From the NCBI GenBank assembly GCA_007132185.1, contig SLPC01000048.1:1-60447 (forward strand): a stretch of 60,447 nt of DNA, written 5' to 3'. Within the stretch, counting starts at the first letter, position 1; the number at the start of each line of letters is the position of its first letter. Shown piece after piece: positions 9,927 through 20,409 of this stretch. The position numbers and the translations under genes were made by a program. The notes under the pieces were generated by a model. That model saw only the letters and a program-made list of their open reading frames with translations. It ran no database searches and was not told the origin of the DNA. Source of the stretch: Anaerolineae bacterium (GTDB lineage Bacteria > Chloroflexota > Anaerolineae > UBA1429).

Positions 9927-10311
9927 AGTCGTCTCGACCCTCGAGGCGACTCAGCTCATCCTCAGAAAAGCCAAAGTGGTGGGCGATCTCATGGATGATG
10001 GTGCGTTGCACCAGATCCACCAGGTGCGCCTCGTCACGCGCCACCATCTCGAGCGGGCGCTGGAACAGCGTGATCCGATCGGGGGGCGTCAGATGGTATC
10101 GGCCACCCCGCCGCGAGAGAGGCACTCCCTCATAGAGTCCCAGCAGCAGCGAGTTTCGGCCCACACGGGTGCTCTGCATCTGGTGGCGGCTGGGCCAGAC
10201 GGCCGTGGTGATAAATACATTCTCCATATGTTCCCCAATCCACTCGGGGAGCGATTCCACCGCCTCGGCCACCAGTTGATCGAATCTATCGGTATCAAGA
10301 CCCAACATCAA
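9925..10311 (-). CDS. Minimal zincin-like metallopeptidase family protein (DUF1025-like)
   Basis: 128 aa with a single HExxH (IIHEIAHHFGFSEDEL). It lies 8 nt downstream of rqcH on the same strand. Confidence 0.65.
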   Translation of the reverse strand: MMLGLDTDRFDQLVAEAVESLPEWIGEHMENVFITTAVWPSRHQMQSTRVGRNSLLLGLYEGVPLSRRGGRYHLTPPDRITLFQRPLEMVARDEAHLVDLVQRTIIHEIAHHFGFSEDELSRLEGRDD

Positions 10312-10318
10312 ACGCTCC

Positions 10319-12079
10319 TCAGCTATCGTTATCTGCTGGTGGATGAGGCGCCACCACCAGCGTTTCTTCCTGTCGATATGTTACCATACCCGGGCGCCCG
10401 CCGGGTATTCGTCTGACATGTCGCCGCTCGGTGACATCCACCGGCACCTGACTCTCCTCACGCAGTGACGAGTAGTAGGCCGCCAGCGACGCCGCCTGGG
10501 CGATCACCTCGTCGGGCACGGGCTGGCCGCCATGCCGCACGATCACATGGGCGCCGGGCGCCCCACGCACGTGCAGCCACAGGTCGCGAGGGCCACTCAG
10601 CCGGAATGTGACGACGTCATTCTGGCGGCTGTTGCGCCCCACGAGGATCGCGATGCCGTCCTCGAGGGCAATGCGCAGCGGCTCGCTGGCCGCCGCATGC
10701 TCGCGGCGCCGGCCCTGGCGCGGTACATAGCCCGCCTCTTGCAGGGCCTCCCGCACCTGATCCAGGGCGGGACGATCATCGGCCAGCTCCGCATCAGTGC
10801 GTAACTGCTCCAGATAGGCGATCTCGGCCTCAACTTCGGCCATGCGCTGGGGCACCTGCTTGGCCGCAGCTTCCCGCTTGCGATACTCGCGAAAGATCGC
10901 CTGCGCGTTCTCCGAGGGCGTCAGAGCCGGGTCGAGGCGAATGGTGATGGTCTCGTCGGCTTTGGGCCCTGTCTCGCCCGTCACCTGAGAGCGCGTAACC
11001 TGGAGCGCCTCCTGGCCGGGGGCGATCTGCCATGTCATGGCCAAGATTGCATTGCCGCGAAACTGTAGCTCCTCCAACTCGTCGGGGGCCACGGCAGCGC
11101 GTTCCAGCGAGGCCAACCGCCCCCGCTGGCGCTCGAGTTGGTCGTCGATCAGGGCGACGAGATCGGCCCGGGCCTGGGCGTAGGGATCGGGTGGGCGCAT
11201 CGGGCCCAACGCCAGGGCCGCGGCCTGCGCCACCGAGGGGATCGGCTCCCAGGCGTCCAGATGGGTCAGGCGATAGGGCGCATAGGCCACGGCCGTGCGG
11301 CCCATGGCCGTGGTCCCCACGGCTTGCACCTGATAGCCGATCGATGGCTCCCAGGCATGGGTCTGGGGCAGACGCATCAAGGCCTGCAACACCTCGTGCA
11401 ATCGAGCCAGCGTGTCGTCATCCAGAGGCCAGGCGTCCCCATCGTCGCCGCTGGCGCGATGCACGATCTCGCGTGCCAGCAGAGGGCTCACCCCAAGGAC
11501 TGCGTTCACCAGCCGCCGAGGCAATGCTCCGCTCTGACCAGCAAGCGCTGCGCCTAGCTCGGCCGGCGAGACATGCAGGGGGTGGAGCTTGTCCTGGGGA
11601 GGCGGCGGCACATAAGCGATGCCGGGCAGAATCTCGCGGTAACGGTTGATGCGGGCGGGGATACGCTTGGCTGCATCGAGGATGGCACCATCGTCATCGA
11701 CCAGGATCAGGTTGCTCAGGCGTCCCATCACTTCGCAGATCAGTTCTACAGCGCCCTCGGGCCCCGCAAAGCGCCAATGCACGATGCGCTCCAGATCGGG
11801 CTGCTCCAGGGCCACCAGACGGGCGCCACGGACGTATTTGCGCAGCAAGAGTTGGAGGGGCGAGGCCGAATCGGCGCCACGACGCAAGCGCTCCTCGGTA
11901 AGAGCGATGCGCGGCGACTGCGCTTCGGCGCTCAAGAGCACCTGGTGGCGCTGGCCGGTATAGATCTCCAGCCCGATGCTCAACTCGGTGGGGCGTATCA
12001 CCCGCTGCACACGTCCCCCCAGCAACTCCCCCGCCAGCTCGTCGCGTATCGCCGCCAAGGTGAGCATATCCTGGCTCAT
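10319..12079 (-). CDS. rqcH: NFACT / FbpA-family ribosome quality control protein (Rqc2 homologue)
   Basis: 586 aa. N-terminal NFACT-N-like region, central coiled coil (EAEIAYLEQLRTDAE), and a C-terminal NFACT-R/DUF814 block DLWLHVRGAPGAHVIV. Confidence 0.8.
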   Translation of the reverse strand: MSQDMLTLAAIRDELAGELLGGRVQRVIRPTELSIGLEIYTGQRHQVLLSAEAQSPRIALTEERLRRGADSASPLQLLLRKYVRGARLVALEQPDLERIVHWRFAGPEGAVELICEVMGRLSNLILVDDDGAILDAAKRIPARINRYREILPGIAYVPPPPQDKLHPLHVSPAELGAALAGQSGALPRRLVNAVLGVSPLLAREIVHRASGDDGDAWPLDDDTLARLHEVLQALMRLPQTHAWEPSIGYQVQAVGTTAMGRTAVAYAPYRLTHLDAWEPIPSVAQAAALALGPMRPPDPYAQARADLVALIDDQLERQRGRLASLERAAVAPDELEELQFRGNAILAMTWQIAPGQEALQVTRSQVTGETGPKADETITIRLDPALTPSENAQAIFREYRKREAAAKQVPQRMAEVEAEIAYLEQLRTDAELADDRPALDQVREALQEAGYVPRQGRRREHAAASEPLRIALEDGIAILVGRNSRQNDVVTFRLSGPRDLWLHVRGAPGAHVIVRHGGQPVPDEVIAQAASLAAYYSSLREESQVPVDVTERRHVRRIPGGRPGMVTYRQEETLVVAPHPPADNDS

Positions 12080-13200
12080 GGTGCGGCGCCCGGCGAGGGG
12101 GGTAAATCATCCAGGATACCGGCCAGGTGCCCGACGCCATAGTGGCCGTGGATGCGGAGCCGCTTGAGCTCGAACAGACCATCGGAGCGATGCTCTGCGC
12201 CGAACTGGATGGTCACTGCCGCCCAATAGTCGAGCTCGCGCAGCACCGTGATCCCCAGGGCATCATAGCGCCCCGCAGGATAGCAGAAAATACGCACCGG
12301 CTTGCCGGTACGGGCCTCGATGGCCTCTTTGGAGCCCAGCATCTGCCAGATCAGATAATCCCGTGAGCGGCCTTTGAGGTCATCGTGAGTATAGCCGTGG
12401 GGCTCCATCGACATGCCTGCGGCGTCCATCTCGATCACCTGGTCCCAGCTCAGATACGCGGGATGCTCCTGGTCGATGACACTGGTGATCACGAAAAAGG
12501 TGCCGGTCATACCGTACTGCTGCAACAGGGGAAATGCATTGTCATAGTGATCCCGATAGCCATCGTCAAAGGTGAGCACGATGGGCCTGTCGGGCAGGGG
12601 CTGCCCGATCTGCAACGACATCACCACCTCTTCCAACGATATCGTCGTATAGCCCCGCTCCTGCAGGAAACGCAGATGCGCCTCGAATTGAGCGGGAGGC
12701 ACTGACAGGTCCCGGCGAACGCGACCAGCATTCGCGGGCGGTTCAGAGATATAGTGGTACATCAGGATGGGCACCTGCACGGTGCGCATCACGCCATCGG
12801 GCGTCGGCAGCGGGCGTGGCGTAGCGGTGGGCTCAAGCGTTGGCAGAGCCAACGCCGTTGGCTCGGGTGCCGCCGTTGGCTCCGGCGTCTCAGTTGGCGC
12901 CAATGTGGGCTTGGGCGTCGGCGTGAAGCTGGGCTCTGGGGACGGTATTGGCGTCAGGCTGGGGAGCGGGGTCTCGGTGGCAGGAGCCAACGCTTCATAG
13001 GCGGGCATGGGCGTGTATCCCATCGGATCATTCTGTCCCTGCCAACTCTGTCGCGCGAGGAGGCCCAGTACGAGGGCCAGCCCAACGCTGAAAACGGCGC
13101 CCATCAGGCGCCGTCCGCTCTTGAACCAGCCGCGTACCTGTCTCCAGTGCATTGCAGTATACCCTCGCATGATCTTAGCGTCAGAGGCATTCTCTGTCAA
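12076..13200 (-). CDS. Membrane-anchored polysaccharide deacetylase (NodB homology domain)
   Basis: TM helix, then a P/T-rich linker (PTPKPTLAPTETPEPTAAPEPT), then the NodB motif LTFDDGYRDHYDNAFPLLQQYGMTGTFF. Its stop overlaps the rqcH start by 4 nt (ATGA on the minus strand, 12076-12079). Confidence 0.85.
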   Translation of the reverse strand: MTENASDAKIMRGYTAMHWRQVRGWFKSGRRLMGAVFSVGLALVLGLLARQSWQGQNDPMGYTPMPAYEALAPATETPLPSLTPIPSPEPSFTPTPKPTLAPTETPEPTAAPEPTALALPTLEPTATPRPLPTPDGVMRTVQVPILMYHYISEPPANAGRVRRDLSVPPAQFEAHLRFLQERGYTTISLEEVVMSLQIGQPLPDRPIVLTFDDGYRDHYDNAFPLLQQYGMTGTFFVITSVIDQEHPAYLSWDQVIEMDAAGMSMEPHGYTHDDLKGRSRDYLIWQMLGSKEAIEARTGKPVRIFCYPAGRYDALGITVLRELDYWAAVTIQFGAEHRSDGLFELKRLRIHGHYGVGHLAGILDDLPPSPGAAP

Positions 13201-13235
13201 AAGCCAGGGTCAGAAGGAACACACATATGACCGAT

Positions 13236-13263
13236 TTGCATTCACATCAATTCCGTCTATGCT
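13236..13263 (+). promoter_or_regulatory. Candidate sigma-70-type promoter for the T-box/trp operon
   Basis: TTGCAT (13236-13241), 16-nt spacer, TATGCT (13258-13263), about 25 nt upstream of the T-box Stem I base. Confidence 0.35.
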
Positions 13264-13287
13264 GGGGTTCAACTGAATCGTGAGACA

Positions 13288-13657
13288 AAAGCGATGACCG
13301 GGTAGAGTAGATCGCGTAATGAGGCTCAGAGAGTCGGGATAAGGTGAGAGCCCGATGCCTACGGCGCGGTTGAATGGCCCCGTGAGCTGTGCGCCGAACG
13401 CAAGCCGTACAACGTACGGCCATGCTACTAGTCCGCACCGGATGCGCGCCCCGTTAGCAGAGCGCAGGATATCGGGCTCATGTCCCCGCGAGCGATCTGC
13501 GCCCCGTATCTGACAAGAGAGGTTGGCTTGCATCATCACCCGTCTTGGACGGGTGTTTTTTGTTAGAGCCAACAAGGTGGGTGGCACCGTGTGGAGTTAT
13601 ACGGCTCCTCGCCCCACTGTGGATTGTACCGCAGTGTGGTGAGGGGCCTTTTTTTGT
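13288..13657 (+). promoter_or_regulatory. T-box riboswitch leader, Trp specifier (UGG), with intrinsic terminator
   Basis: Elements in canonical order. GA/K-turn GCGATGA (13291-13297) plus AGAGTA. AG bulge CAGAGAG and distal loop GGTGAGAG (13328-13350). Specifier-loop GAA-TGG (TGG at 13375-13377). F-box CCGTTA (13451-13456). Stem III-like hairpin CACCCGTC-TTGG-GACGGGTG (13537-13556). T-box AACAAGGTGGGTGGCACCGTG (13571-13591). Terminator CCTCGCCCCACTG...CAGTGTGGTGAGGGG followed by T7 (about 13607-13657). Confidence 0.8.
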
Positions 13658-13699
13658 TGTCAGATCACGATCGATCACCCGGGAGGCAGGGAGGTCAGC

Positions 13700-15187
13700 A
13701 TGTACGTAGAAAACAGGGTTGAGGAACGGATACTGGAGCCGGTGGTGCGCGAGTTGCCGGCCGACATGGACACGCCTATCTCGATCTATGCCAAGCTGCG
13801 CGGGCTGGGCGCCTCATTTCTGCTCGAGTCCGTCGAAGGGGGCGAGCACATGGGGCGTTACTCGTTCATCGGGACGCACCCCCGCGCTCTGCTGCGCGCC
13901 TGGCCCGACCGCATCGTCCTGGAGGAGGAGGGGCATTGGCGGTCGTTCGACCCGGAGCAGAACAGTGTTCTGGACGTGCTGCGCGAGAACCTGCCCACCT
14001 ATCGGGGCCAGATGCCCGAGGGCCTGCCCCGCTTTACCGGCGGCGCCGTCGGGTTCATGAGCTATGACCTGGTGCGCAGCTTTGAGCGACTCCCCAACCG
14101 CCCCGCCGACACCCTGGGGTTGCCCGATGCAGCATTCCTGCTGTGCGACCGCCTGGTGGCTTATGACCATCTGCGCCATCGGTTGGTGGTCATTGCCCAC
14201 CGGCGGCCCGCTGACTCGAAGCTTGCCTCTGAGCAAGAGGCCGAGGCCGCCATCGACGAGATCGTGGCGCGCCTGAACCGGCCTCTGCCCAACCAGTACC
14301 AACCTGAACCGGCGCCCCCGACTGTGGACGACGAGTTCGCCTCGCTGTTCGACCAGGGGACCTTTGAGGATGCGGTGCGGCAGGCCAAGGAGCATATCGC
14401 CGCGGGCGACATCTTTCAGGTGGTGCTCTCGCGGCGCATGCATCGGCGCACCCACGCCCAGCCCTATGATATCTACCGCGCGCTGCGTCGGGTGAACCCC
14501 TCGCCTTACATGTTCTACCTGGAGCTCCCGGACGGCCTGCGGCTGATCGGCTCCTCGCCCGAGGTGCTGGTGCGAGTGGAAGATGGCGTGGTCGAGTCGC
14601 GACCTCTGGCTGGCACCCGCCCCCGGGGCGCCAACGAGGCCGAGGACCGCGAGTTGGAGGCCGATCTGTTGGCCGACCCCAAGGAGCGCGCCGAGCACGT
14701 GATGCTGGTGGACCTGGCCCGCAACGATCTGGGCCGCGTGTGCGAGTACGGCACGGTGCATACGCCCCTGATGATGGGCGTCGAACGCTACTCTCACGTG
14801 ATGCACATCGTGTCGGATGTCCAAGGTCAGCTGGCCAAGGGCCAGGATGCCTTTGACGTGCTGGCGGCAAGCTTTCCCGCGGGCACCGTGTCGGGGGCGC
14901 CCAAGGTGCGGGCCATGGAGATCATCGATGCGCTAGAGCCCGAGGCGCGCGGCCCCTATGCCGGCGCCGTGGGCTATTTCGGCTACTCGGGCAACATGGA
15001 CACCTGTATCACCATCCGCACCATCGTGATGCGCGGCGACGAGGTGTACCTGCAGGCGGGGGCCGGCATCGTCGCCGACTCGGACCCCACCACCGAGTAC
15101 CACGAGACCGACAACAAGCTGCGGGCGCTCTCAAGGGCGCTGGCCCTGGCCGAGCAAGAGGCGCAGCAAAAGGGAGGCTCAAAGTGA
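13700..15187 (+). CDS. trpE: Anthranilate synthase component I
   Basis: Chorismate-binding motifs: LAGTRPRG, GTVSGAPKVRAMEII, GPYAGAVGYF, IRT. RBS GGGAGG upstream. Confidence 0.92.
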   Translation: MYVENRVEERILEPVVRELPADMDTPISIYAKLRGLGASFLLESVEGGEHMGRYSFIGTHPRALLRAWPDRIVLEEEGHWRSFDPEQNSVLDVLRENLPTYRGQMPEGLPRFTGGAVGFMSYDLVRSFERLPNRPADTLGLPDAAFLLCDRLVAYDHLRHRLVVIAHRRPADSKLASEQEAEAAIDEIVARLNRPLPNQYQPEPAPPTVDDEFASLFDQGTFEDAVRQAKEHIAAGDIFQVVLSRRMHRRTHAQPYDIYRALRRVNPSPYMFYLELPDGLRLIGSSPEVLVRVEDGVVESRPLAGTRPRGANEAEDRELEADLLADPKERAEHVMLVDLARNDLGRVCEYGTVHTPLMMGVERYSHVMHIVSDVQGQLAKGQDAFDVLAASFPAGTVSGAPKVRAMEIIDALEPEARGPYAGAVGYFGYSGNMDTCITIRTIVMRGDEVYLQAGAGIVADSDPTTEYHETDNKLRALSRALALAEQEAQQKGGSK

Positions 15188-15335
15188 GCGCAAGAGGTGG
15201 ACCAAGACGAGCTCTGTCCCTTCAGGCGTCGCCAGGGCACACGCGTGCCACGCTGGATCCAAGAGCCCTGGCCAATTCTATGTCCGCTCACATGTTGTTC
15301 GCCGGTGCTCCTATCGATCTTGCAGGAGGCTCACA

Positions 15336-16958
15336 ATGATCGTCGTCATCGACAACTATGACTCGTTTACCTACAACCTGGTCCAATATCTGGGCGAGCT
15401 GGGCGCCGACGTGCAGGTCTATCGCAACGATGCCATCACGGTGGACGAGCTGGAGCGCCTGGGGCCGACGCATCTGATCGTCTCGCCGGGGCCGGGCACG
15501 CCCGAGCGCGACGCCGGCATCTCCAACGAGGCGATCCGCCGGCTGCATGGACGCATCCCGATCCTGGGCGTCTGCCTGGGGCACCAGTGCATCGCCCACG
15601 TTTTTGGCGGGGAGATCGCGCGGGGAGATGCCCCCGTGCATGGCAAGGTATCACGGATCATGCATCAGGGCGGCCCACTCTTTCGTGGCATCTCCACGAC
15701 GTTCGAGGCCACCCGCTACCACTCGCTGGTGGTGCGCGATCCGCTCCCCGAGGCGCTCCAGGTGACGGCCCGCAGCACCGATGGGGTCATCATGGGGATC
15801 GCCCATCGCGAGGCGCCCACGCTGGGCGTCCAGTTCCACCCCGAGTCGATCCTGACGGCTGACGGCAAGCGGCTGCTGCGCAACCTGCTGGCGCTGTCCA
15901 CAGATGAGGGCGAACCGGAACCCGAGACCTGCACCGCCCTCGGGTTGCCCACCGCCATCGGGCGTGCGCTGGACCGCGAGCATCTCTCGCCATCAGAGGC
16001 CGAGGGCGTCATGCTACAGATCATGGCAGGCGAGGCCACGCCCGCCCAGATCGGGGCGTTCCTGGCGGCGCTCCGGGCCAAGGGTGAAACAGTGGACGAG
16101 ATCGTGGGCTTTGCCCGGGCCATGCGCCAGCACGTGACGCCCGTGCGCCCCACCCGTCACCCCCTGATCGACACCTGCGGCACCGGCGGTGACGGTGCCC
16201 ATACGTTCAATGTGTCTACCACGGCGGCCATGGTGGTGGCCGGGGCCGGGGTGGCGGTGGCCAAGCATGGCAACCGCTCCGTATCGAGCCAATGCGGCAG
16301 CGCCGACGTGCTCGAGTCCCTGGGTGTACACCTGGACCTGACGCCAGAAGCGGTGGCGCACTGCATCGACGAGGTGGGCCTGGGCTTTTTGTACGCTCCC
16401 CAGTTGCATCCCGCCATGCGCCATGCCATTGGGCCGCGCCGCGAGATGGCCGTGCGCACCGTGTTCAACATCCTGGGGCCCCTGACAAACCCGGCGGGCG
16501 CCTCGGTGCAGATCATTGGCGTCTACGATGGCGCCCTGGTCGAGCCACTGGCCCACGTGCTACACGACCTGGGCGCAGAGTCGGCCTATGTGGTGCACGG
16601 CGCCGACGGCCTGGACGAGCTATCCACCACGGGCCCGAATCTGGTGGGCCAGTTGCGAGACGGCCATGTGACGGCCCTGCGGCTGGATGCCGCCGACCAT
16701 GGGCTGCCGCGCACCGAGCTAGCCGCACTGCGGGGCGGCGACGCCGAGACCAACGCCCGAATCACCCGCGAGGTGCTGTCGGGCAGCGCGGGGCCCTGCC
16801 GTGACATGGTGCTGCTCAACGCGGGCATGGCCCTGGTGGCCGCCGACGTCGCCGCCGATCCTACCGAGGGCTTGGCCCGGGCCGCCGAGTCCATCGACTC
16901 GGGATGCGCTCTGGACGTGCTGGAGCGCCTGATCGCGTTCACCCAGGAGGCGGTATGA
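15336..16958 (+). CDS. trpGD: Fused anthranilate synthase component II (glutamine amidotransferase) / anthranilate phosphoribosyltransferase
   Basis: The N-terminal half is TrpG (MIVVIDNYDSFTYNLVQYL, GVCLGHQ, FHPES). The C-terminal half is TrpD (DTCGTGGDGAHTFNVST, KHGNRSVSS). An acidic linker joins them (TDEGEPEPE). Confidence 0.9.
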   Translation: MIVVIDNYDSFTYNLVQYLGELGADVQVYRNDAITVDELERLGPTHLIVSPGPGTPERDAGISNEAIRRLHGRIPILGVCLGHQCIAHVFGGEIARGDAPVHGKVSRIMHQGGPLFRGISTTFEATRYHSLVVRDPLPEALQVTARSTDGVIMGIAHREAPTLGVQFHPESILTADGKRLLRNLLALSTDEGEPEPETCTALGLPTAIGRALDREHLSPSEAEGVMLQIMAGEATPAQIGAFLAALRAKGETVDEIVGFARAMRQHVTPVRPTRHPLIDTCGTGGDGAHTFNVSTTAAMVVAGAGVAVAKHGNRSVSSQCGSADVLESLGVHLDLTPEAVAHCIDEVGLGFLYAPQLHPAMRHAIGPRREMAVRTVFNILGPLTNPAGASVQIIGVYDGALVEPLAHVLHDLGAESAYVVHGADGLDELSTTGPNLVGQLRDGHVTALRLDAADHGLPRTELAALRGGDAETNARITREVLSGSAGPCRDMVLLNAGMALVAADVAADPTEGLARAAESIDSGCALDVLERLIAFTQEAV

Positions 16959-17749
16959 TCCTGCAAGAGCTGGTCGCCGCGTCGCACCGCCGGGTAGAGC
17001 GCGCGCGAGAAGAGACGCCGATAGAGGCGCTGTACGAGCGCGCCCTGGCCATGCCCGCGCCGCTGGATTTCGCGGCCTCGCTAAGGGCGCCGGGCGTGTC
17101 CCTCATCGCAGAGATAAAGCGCGCCTCGCCGTCAAGGGGGGCGCTGGACGCCGACCTGGATGCACCGATTCTGGCGCGCGCGTATGCCGCCGGGGGCGCT
17201 CATGCCCTCTCGGTGCTCACGGAGCCGACCCGCTTTGGCGGGAGCCTGGCCGACCTGGCGACGGTCCGCTCGGCCCTGGCAGAGGCGGGCCTGCCCCGCC
17301 CGTTGCTGCGCAAGGATTTCATCGTGGACCCCTACCAGTTGGTAGAGGCGCGGTTGCACGGGGCCGCTGCCGTGCTCCTGATCGTGGCCGCGCTGGACGA
17401 CTCCACTCTCGCCGACCTGTTTGCCGATGCGCAGGAGCTAGACCTTACGCCTCTGATCGAGGTACACGACGCCGATGAGCTGGAGCGCGCCCTGGCCCTC
17501 GAACCGCTCGTCATCGGCATCAACAACCGCAACCTCAAGACGATGGCCGTCGATCTCGAGACGACGGTGCACCTGCGCGAGCATGCCCCCGCAGGATGCC
17601 TGGTGGTGGCCGAGAGCGGCATCCACACCGTCGAGGACGTGCACCGACTGGCAACGTTGGGCGTGGATGCCATGCTCGTGGGCGAGGCGCTGGTGACGGC
17701 GCCTGACCCCGGCGCCCGGGCGCGCGCCCTGATCGGGGCCGGGCAATGA
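16955..17749 (+). CDS. trpC: Indole-3-glycerol phosphate synthase
   Basis: Motifs LIAEIKRASPSRG, LRKDFIVDPYQ, IGINNRNL. ATG 16955 overlaps the trpGD stop (ATGA), with CAGGAGG at 16944-16950. The ORF-track start at 16904 is rejected. Confidence 0.88.
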   Translation: MILQELVAASHRRVERAREETPIEALYERALAMPAPLDFAASLRAPGVSLIAEIKRASPSRGALDADLDAPILARAYAAGGAHALSVLTEPTRFGGSLADLATVRSALAEAGLPRPLLRKDFIVDPYQLVEARLHGAAAVLLIVAALDDSTLADLFADAQELDLTPLIEVHDADELERALALEPLVIGINNRNLKTMAVDLETTVHLREHAPAGCLVVAESGIHTVEDVHRLATLGVDAMLVGEALVTAPDPGARARALIGAGQ

Positions 17750-18387
17750 CGGCGGTCAAGATCTGCGCCATCACCCGCCTGGAGGATGCCCGCTGGGCCG
17801 CCCGTTGTGGCGCCGATCTGCTGGGATTCATCTTTTGGCCTGGTAGCGCCCGCTATATCGCGCCCGAGCGCGCCGCCCGGATCACGGACACGCTACGCGC
17901 CGAGGGCTGCCAGGCGCTGCTGGTGGGGGTCTTTGTGGGGCAGGAGCCTACCCATGTCAGAGCGGTGGCCGCCGAGTGTGGCCTCGACCTGGTCCAACTG
18001 CATGGCGGCGAATCGCCCGCCTACTGCGCCGGCCTGGGGCTGCCCTATCTGCTGGCGCGACGCATCCAGAATATGGACGACCTGGATGGGCTGGACGCCT
18101 ATGCGCCCTGGGGCCTGGTGCTGGATAGCTATCATCCCAGCCAGCCGGGCGGCACGGGTCAAACCTGGCGCTGGGAGCTGCTGGAGGAGGCCAGCGGGCT
18201 ACCCAAGCGCCTGCTGCTGGCGGGGGGCCTCACACCTGGGAATGTCGCCCAGGCCATGCGGACCGCGCGCCCCTGGGGCGTAGACGTAGCGACGGGCGTC
18301 GAGGCAGCGCCGGGCATCAAGGACCCCCTGCGGGTGGCCAAATTCCTACAACGGGTACGACGGGAGGATACCGATGATAGAGGATAG
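17746..18387 (+). CDS. trpF: Phosphoribosylanthranilate isomerase
   Basis: Motifs [28 protein letters not shown]. Its start overlaps the trpC stop. Confidence 0.88.
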   Translation: MTAVKICAITRLEDARWAARCGADLLGFIFWPGSARYIAPERAARITDTLRAEGCQALLVGVFVGQEPTHVRAVAAECGLDLVQLHGGESPAYCAGLGLPYLLARRIQNMDDLDGLDAYAPWGLVLDSYHPSQPGGTGQTWRWELLEEASGLPKRLLLAGGLTPGNVAQAMRTARPWGVDVATGVEAAPGIKDPLRVAKFLQRVRREDTDDRG

Positions 18388-19606
18388 GCAACGCGTATCG
18401 CTCAAGACCCTGCCTGATGAGCGCGGCTATTACGGCGAGTTCGGGGGGCGCTATGTGCCCGAGACGCTCTTTGGCCCGCTGCTCGAGCTGGAGGAGGCCT
18501 ATGGCGCCCTGCGTGATGATGCCGCCTTTCAGGCCGAGTTGGGCGCTCTGCTACGCGAGTACGTAGGCCGGCCCACACCCCTCACCGAGGCGCGCCGCCT
18601 GAGCGACGCCTGTGGTGGGGCCCGCATCTGGCTCAAGCGCGAGGATCTGGCCCATACGGGCGCCCACAAGATCAACAACGCCCTGGGCCAGGCCCTCATC
18701 GCCCGGGCCATGGGCAAGACGCGACTCATCGCCGAAACGGGCGCCGGGCAGCATGGTGTGGCCACGGCCACGGTAGCGGCCCTGCTGGGCATGGAGTGTG
18801 TGGTCTATATGGGCTGCGACGACATGGCCCGCCAGGCGCCCAACGTGCTGCGCATGCGCCTCCTGGGAGCCGATGTGCACGCCGTGGACGCCGGTTCCCG
18901 CACCCTCAAGGACGCCATCAACGAGGCGTTGCGCGATTGGGCCACTAACGTGCGCCACAGCCACTATCTTCTGGGGTCGGCCTTGGGCCCCCACCCCTAC
19001 CCAATGATCGTCCGCGACCTGCAGAGCGTCATTGGGCGGGAGGCCCGCTCCCAGTGCCTGGCGCAGATGGGGCGCCTGCCCGACACGCTGATCGCCTGCG
19101 TAGGCGGTGGGTCCAACGCCATCGGTCTCTTCCACCCGTTCCTCGATGATGATACAGTCGAGATGATCGGGGTCGAGGCCGGCGGCGAGGGCATCGAGGG
19201 GGGACGCCACGCGGCCCGCTTTGGCGATCCGCAACGGGGTCGCCTGGGGGTGCTGCACGGCGTGCGCACCTATGTGCTGCAGGATGACGAGGGCCAAATC
19301 GCCCTCACCCACTCGGTCTCGGCGGGGCTGGACTATGCCTCCGTGGGGCCCGAGCACGCCCATCTGCGGGCGCTGGAACGTGCACGCTATACCTATGCCA
19401 CCGATGAGGACGCGCTGGAGGCCTTTCAGGCGCTGTGCCGCCATGAGGGCATACTCCCGGCGCTGGAATCGTCGCACGCCGTGGCCGAGGCCATGCGCTT
19501 GTCGACGGAGCGACCGAGCGACGAGATCCTGCTTGTGAACCTGTCGGGCCGGGGCGACAAGGATCTGGACACCGTAACTGCCTGTATCGAGGGGGGTGCG
19601 CTATGA
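18374..19606 (+). CDS. trpB: Tryptophan synthase beta chain
   Basis: PLP-lysine motif HTGAHKINN, plus GGGSNAIG and [11 protein letters not shown]. Confidence 0.93.
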   Translation: MIEDRQRVSLKTLPDERGYYGEFGGRYVPETLFGPLLELEEAYGALRDDAAFQAELGALLREYVGRPTPLTEARRLSDACGGARIWLKREDLAHTGAHKINNALGQALIARAMGKTRLIAETGAGQHGVATATVAALLGMECVVYMGCDDMARQAPNVLRMRLLGADVHAVDAGSRTLKDAINEALRDWATNVRHSHYLLGSALGPHPYPMIVRDLQSVIGREARSQCLAQMGRLPDTLIACVGGGSNAIGLFHPFLDDDTVEMIGVEAGGEGIEGGRHAARFGDPQRGRLGVLHGVRTYVLQDDEGQIALTHSVSAGLDYASVGPEHAHLRALERARYTYATDEDALEAFQALCRHEGILPALESSHAVAEAMRLSTERPSDEILLVNLSGRGDKDLDTVTACIEGGAL

Positions 19607-20409
19607 GCCACAACGGAAGCCGAGGGATCGTGGCCATCGAGGGCGCCTTTGCGGCTGCCGCGCGGCAGGGACGCGCCGCGCTGATCACCTACCTGACCGC
19701 CGGCTACCCGACCCAAGAGGCCACCCACGAGCTGGTAAGGGCCCTGCTGGAGGGCGGCGCCGATCTGATCGAGCTGGGAGTGCCCTTTTCCGACCCGGTG
19801 GCCGACGGGCCCGTGATCCAGCAGGCCAGCCAGCAGGCGCTCGAGGCCGGCATCACCCCGTCGTCCTGCCTGTCGCTGGTGGCCGCCTTGCGGGATCAGG
19901 GCGTGACGGTCCCCCTCATCCTGATGGGCTACTATAACCCGATCCTGCGCTATGGGCCGGCGGCCTATGCCGCACGCTGCGCCCAGGTAGGCGTCGATGG
20001 CCTGATCATCCCCGACCTGCCGCCGGAAGAGGCCCAACCACTGGCCGATGCCTGCGCTGAACACAATATCGCATTGGTCTATCTGGTAGCGCCCACCAGC
20101 AGCGCCTCTCGGCTGGCCAAAATCGCCGCCGCAACCAGCGGGTTCCTTTATGTGGTGTCGCATCTGGGGACCACCGGCGGCGCGCACGACCTGGAGCCCG
20201 CCCTGGTCGCCCAGTTGGCCGAGATACGGCGCCATGCGCGCACGCCCATAGCGGTGGGCTTTGGGGTCTCGCGCCCCGAGGCGGCCCGTCAGGTCGCCCA
20301 GGTAGCCGATGGCGTCATCGTCGGCAGCGCCATCGTCGAGCGGGCCGCCTGCGGAGCCGACGCAGTGCGCGATCTGGTGAGCGAGCTGCGCGCAGCCCTG
20401 GCACACTGA
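19603..20409 (+). CDS. trpA: Tryptophan synthase alpha chain
   Basis: Motifs [17 protein letters not shown] and GFGVS. Its start overlaps the trpB stop (ATGA). Confidence 0.92.
   Translation: MSHNGSRGIVAIEGAFAAAARQGRAALITYLTAGYPTQEATHELVRALLEGGADLIELGVPFSDPVADGPVIQQASQQALEAGITPSSCLSLVAALRDQGVTVPLILMGYYNPILRYGPAAYAARCAQVGVDGLIIPDLPPEEAQPLADACAEHNIALVYLVAPTSSASRLAKIAAATSGFLYVVSHLGTTGGAHDLEPALVAQLAEIRRHARTPIAVGFGVSRPEAARQVAQVADGVIVGSAIVERAACGADAVRDLVSELRAALAH

Noticed and set aside
13537-13562. Tandem T-box idea: the first hairpin plus T6 as the terminator of an upstream T-box copy.
   Set aside because: Only one T-box consensus (13571-13591), one specifier loop and one F-box are present. The hairpin sits where Stem III belongs.
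15188-15335. The 148-nt trpE-trpGD spacer as an internal regulatory element.
   Set aside because: I found no promoter, terminator or conserved motif, only a weak long-range GTGAGCG/CGCTCAC complementarity.
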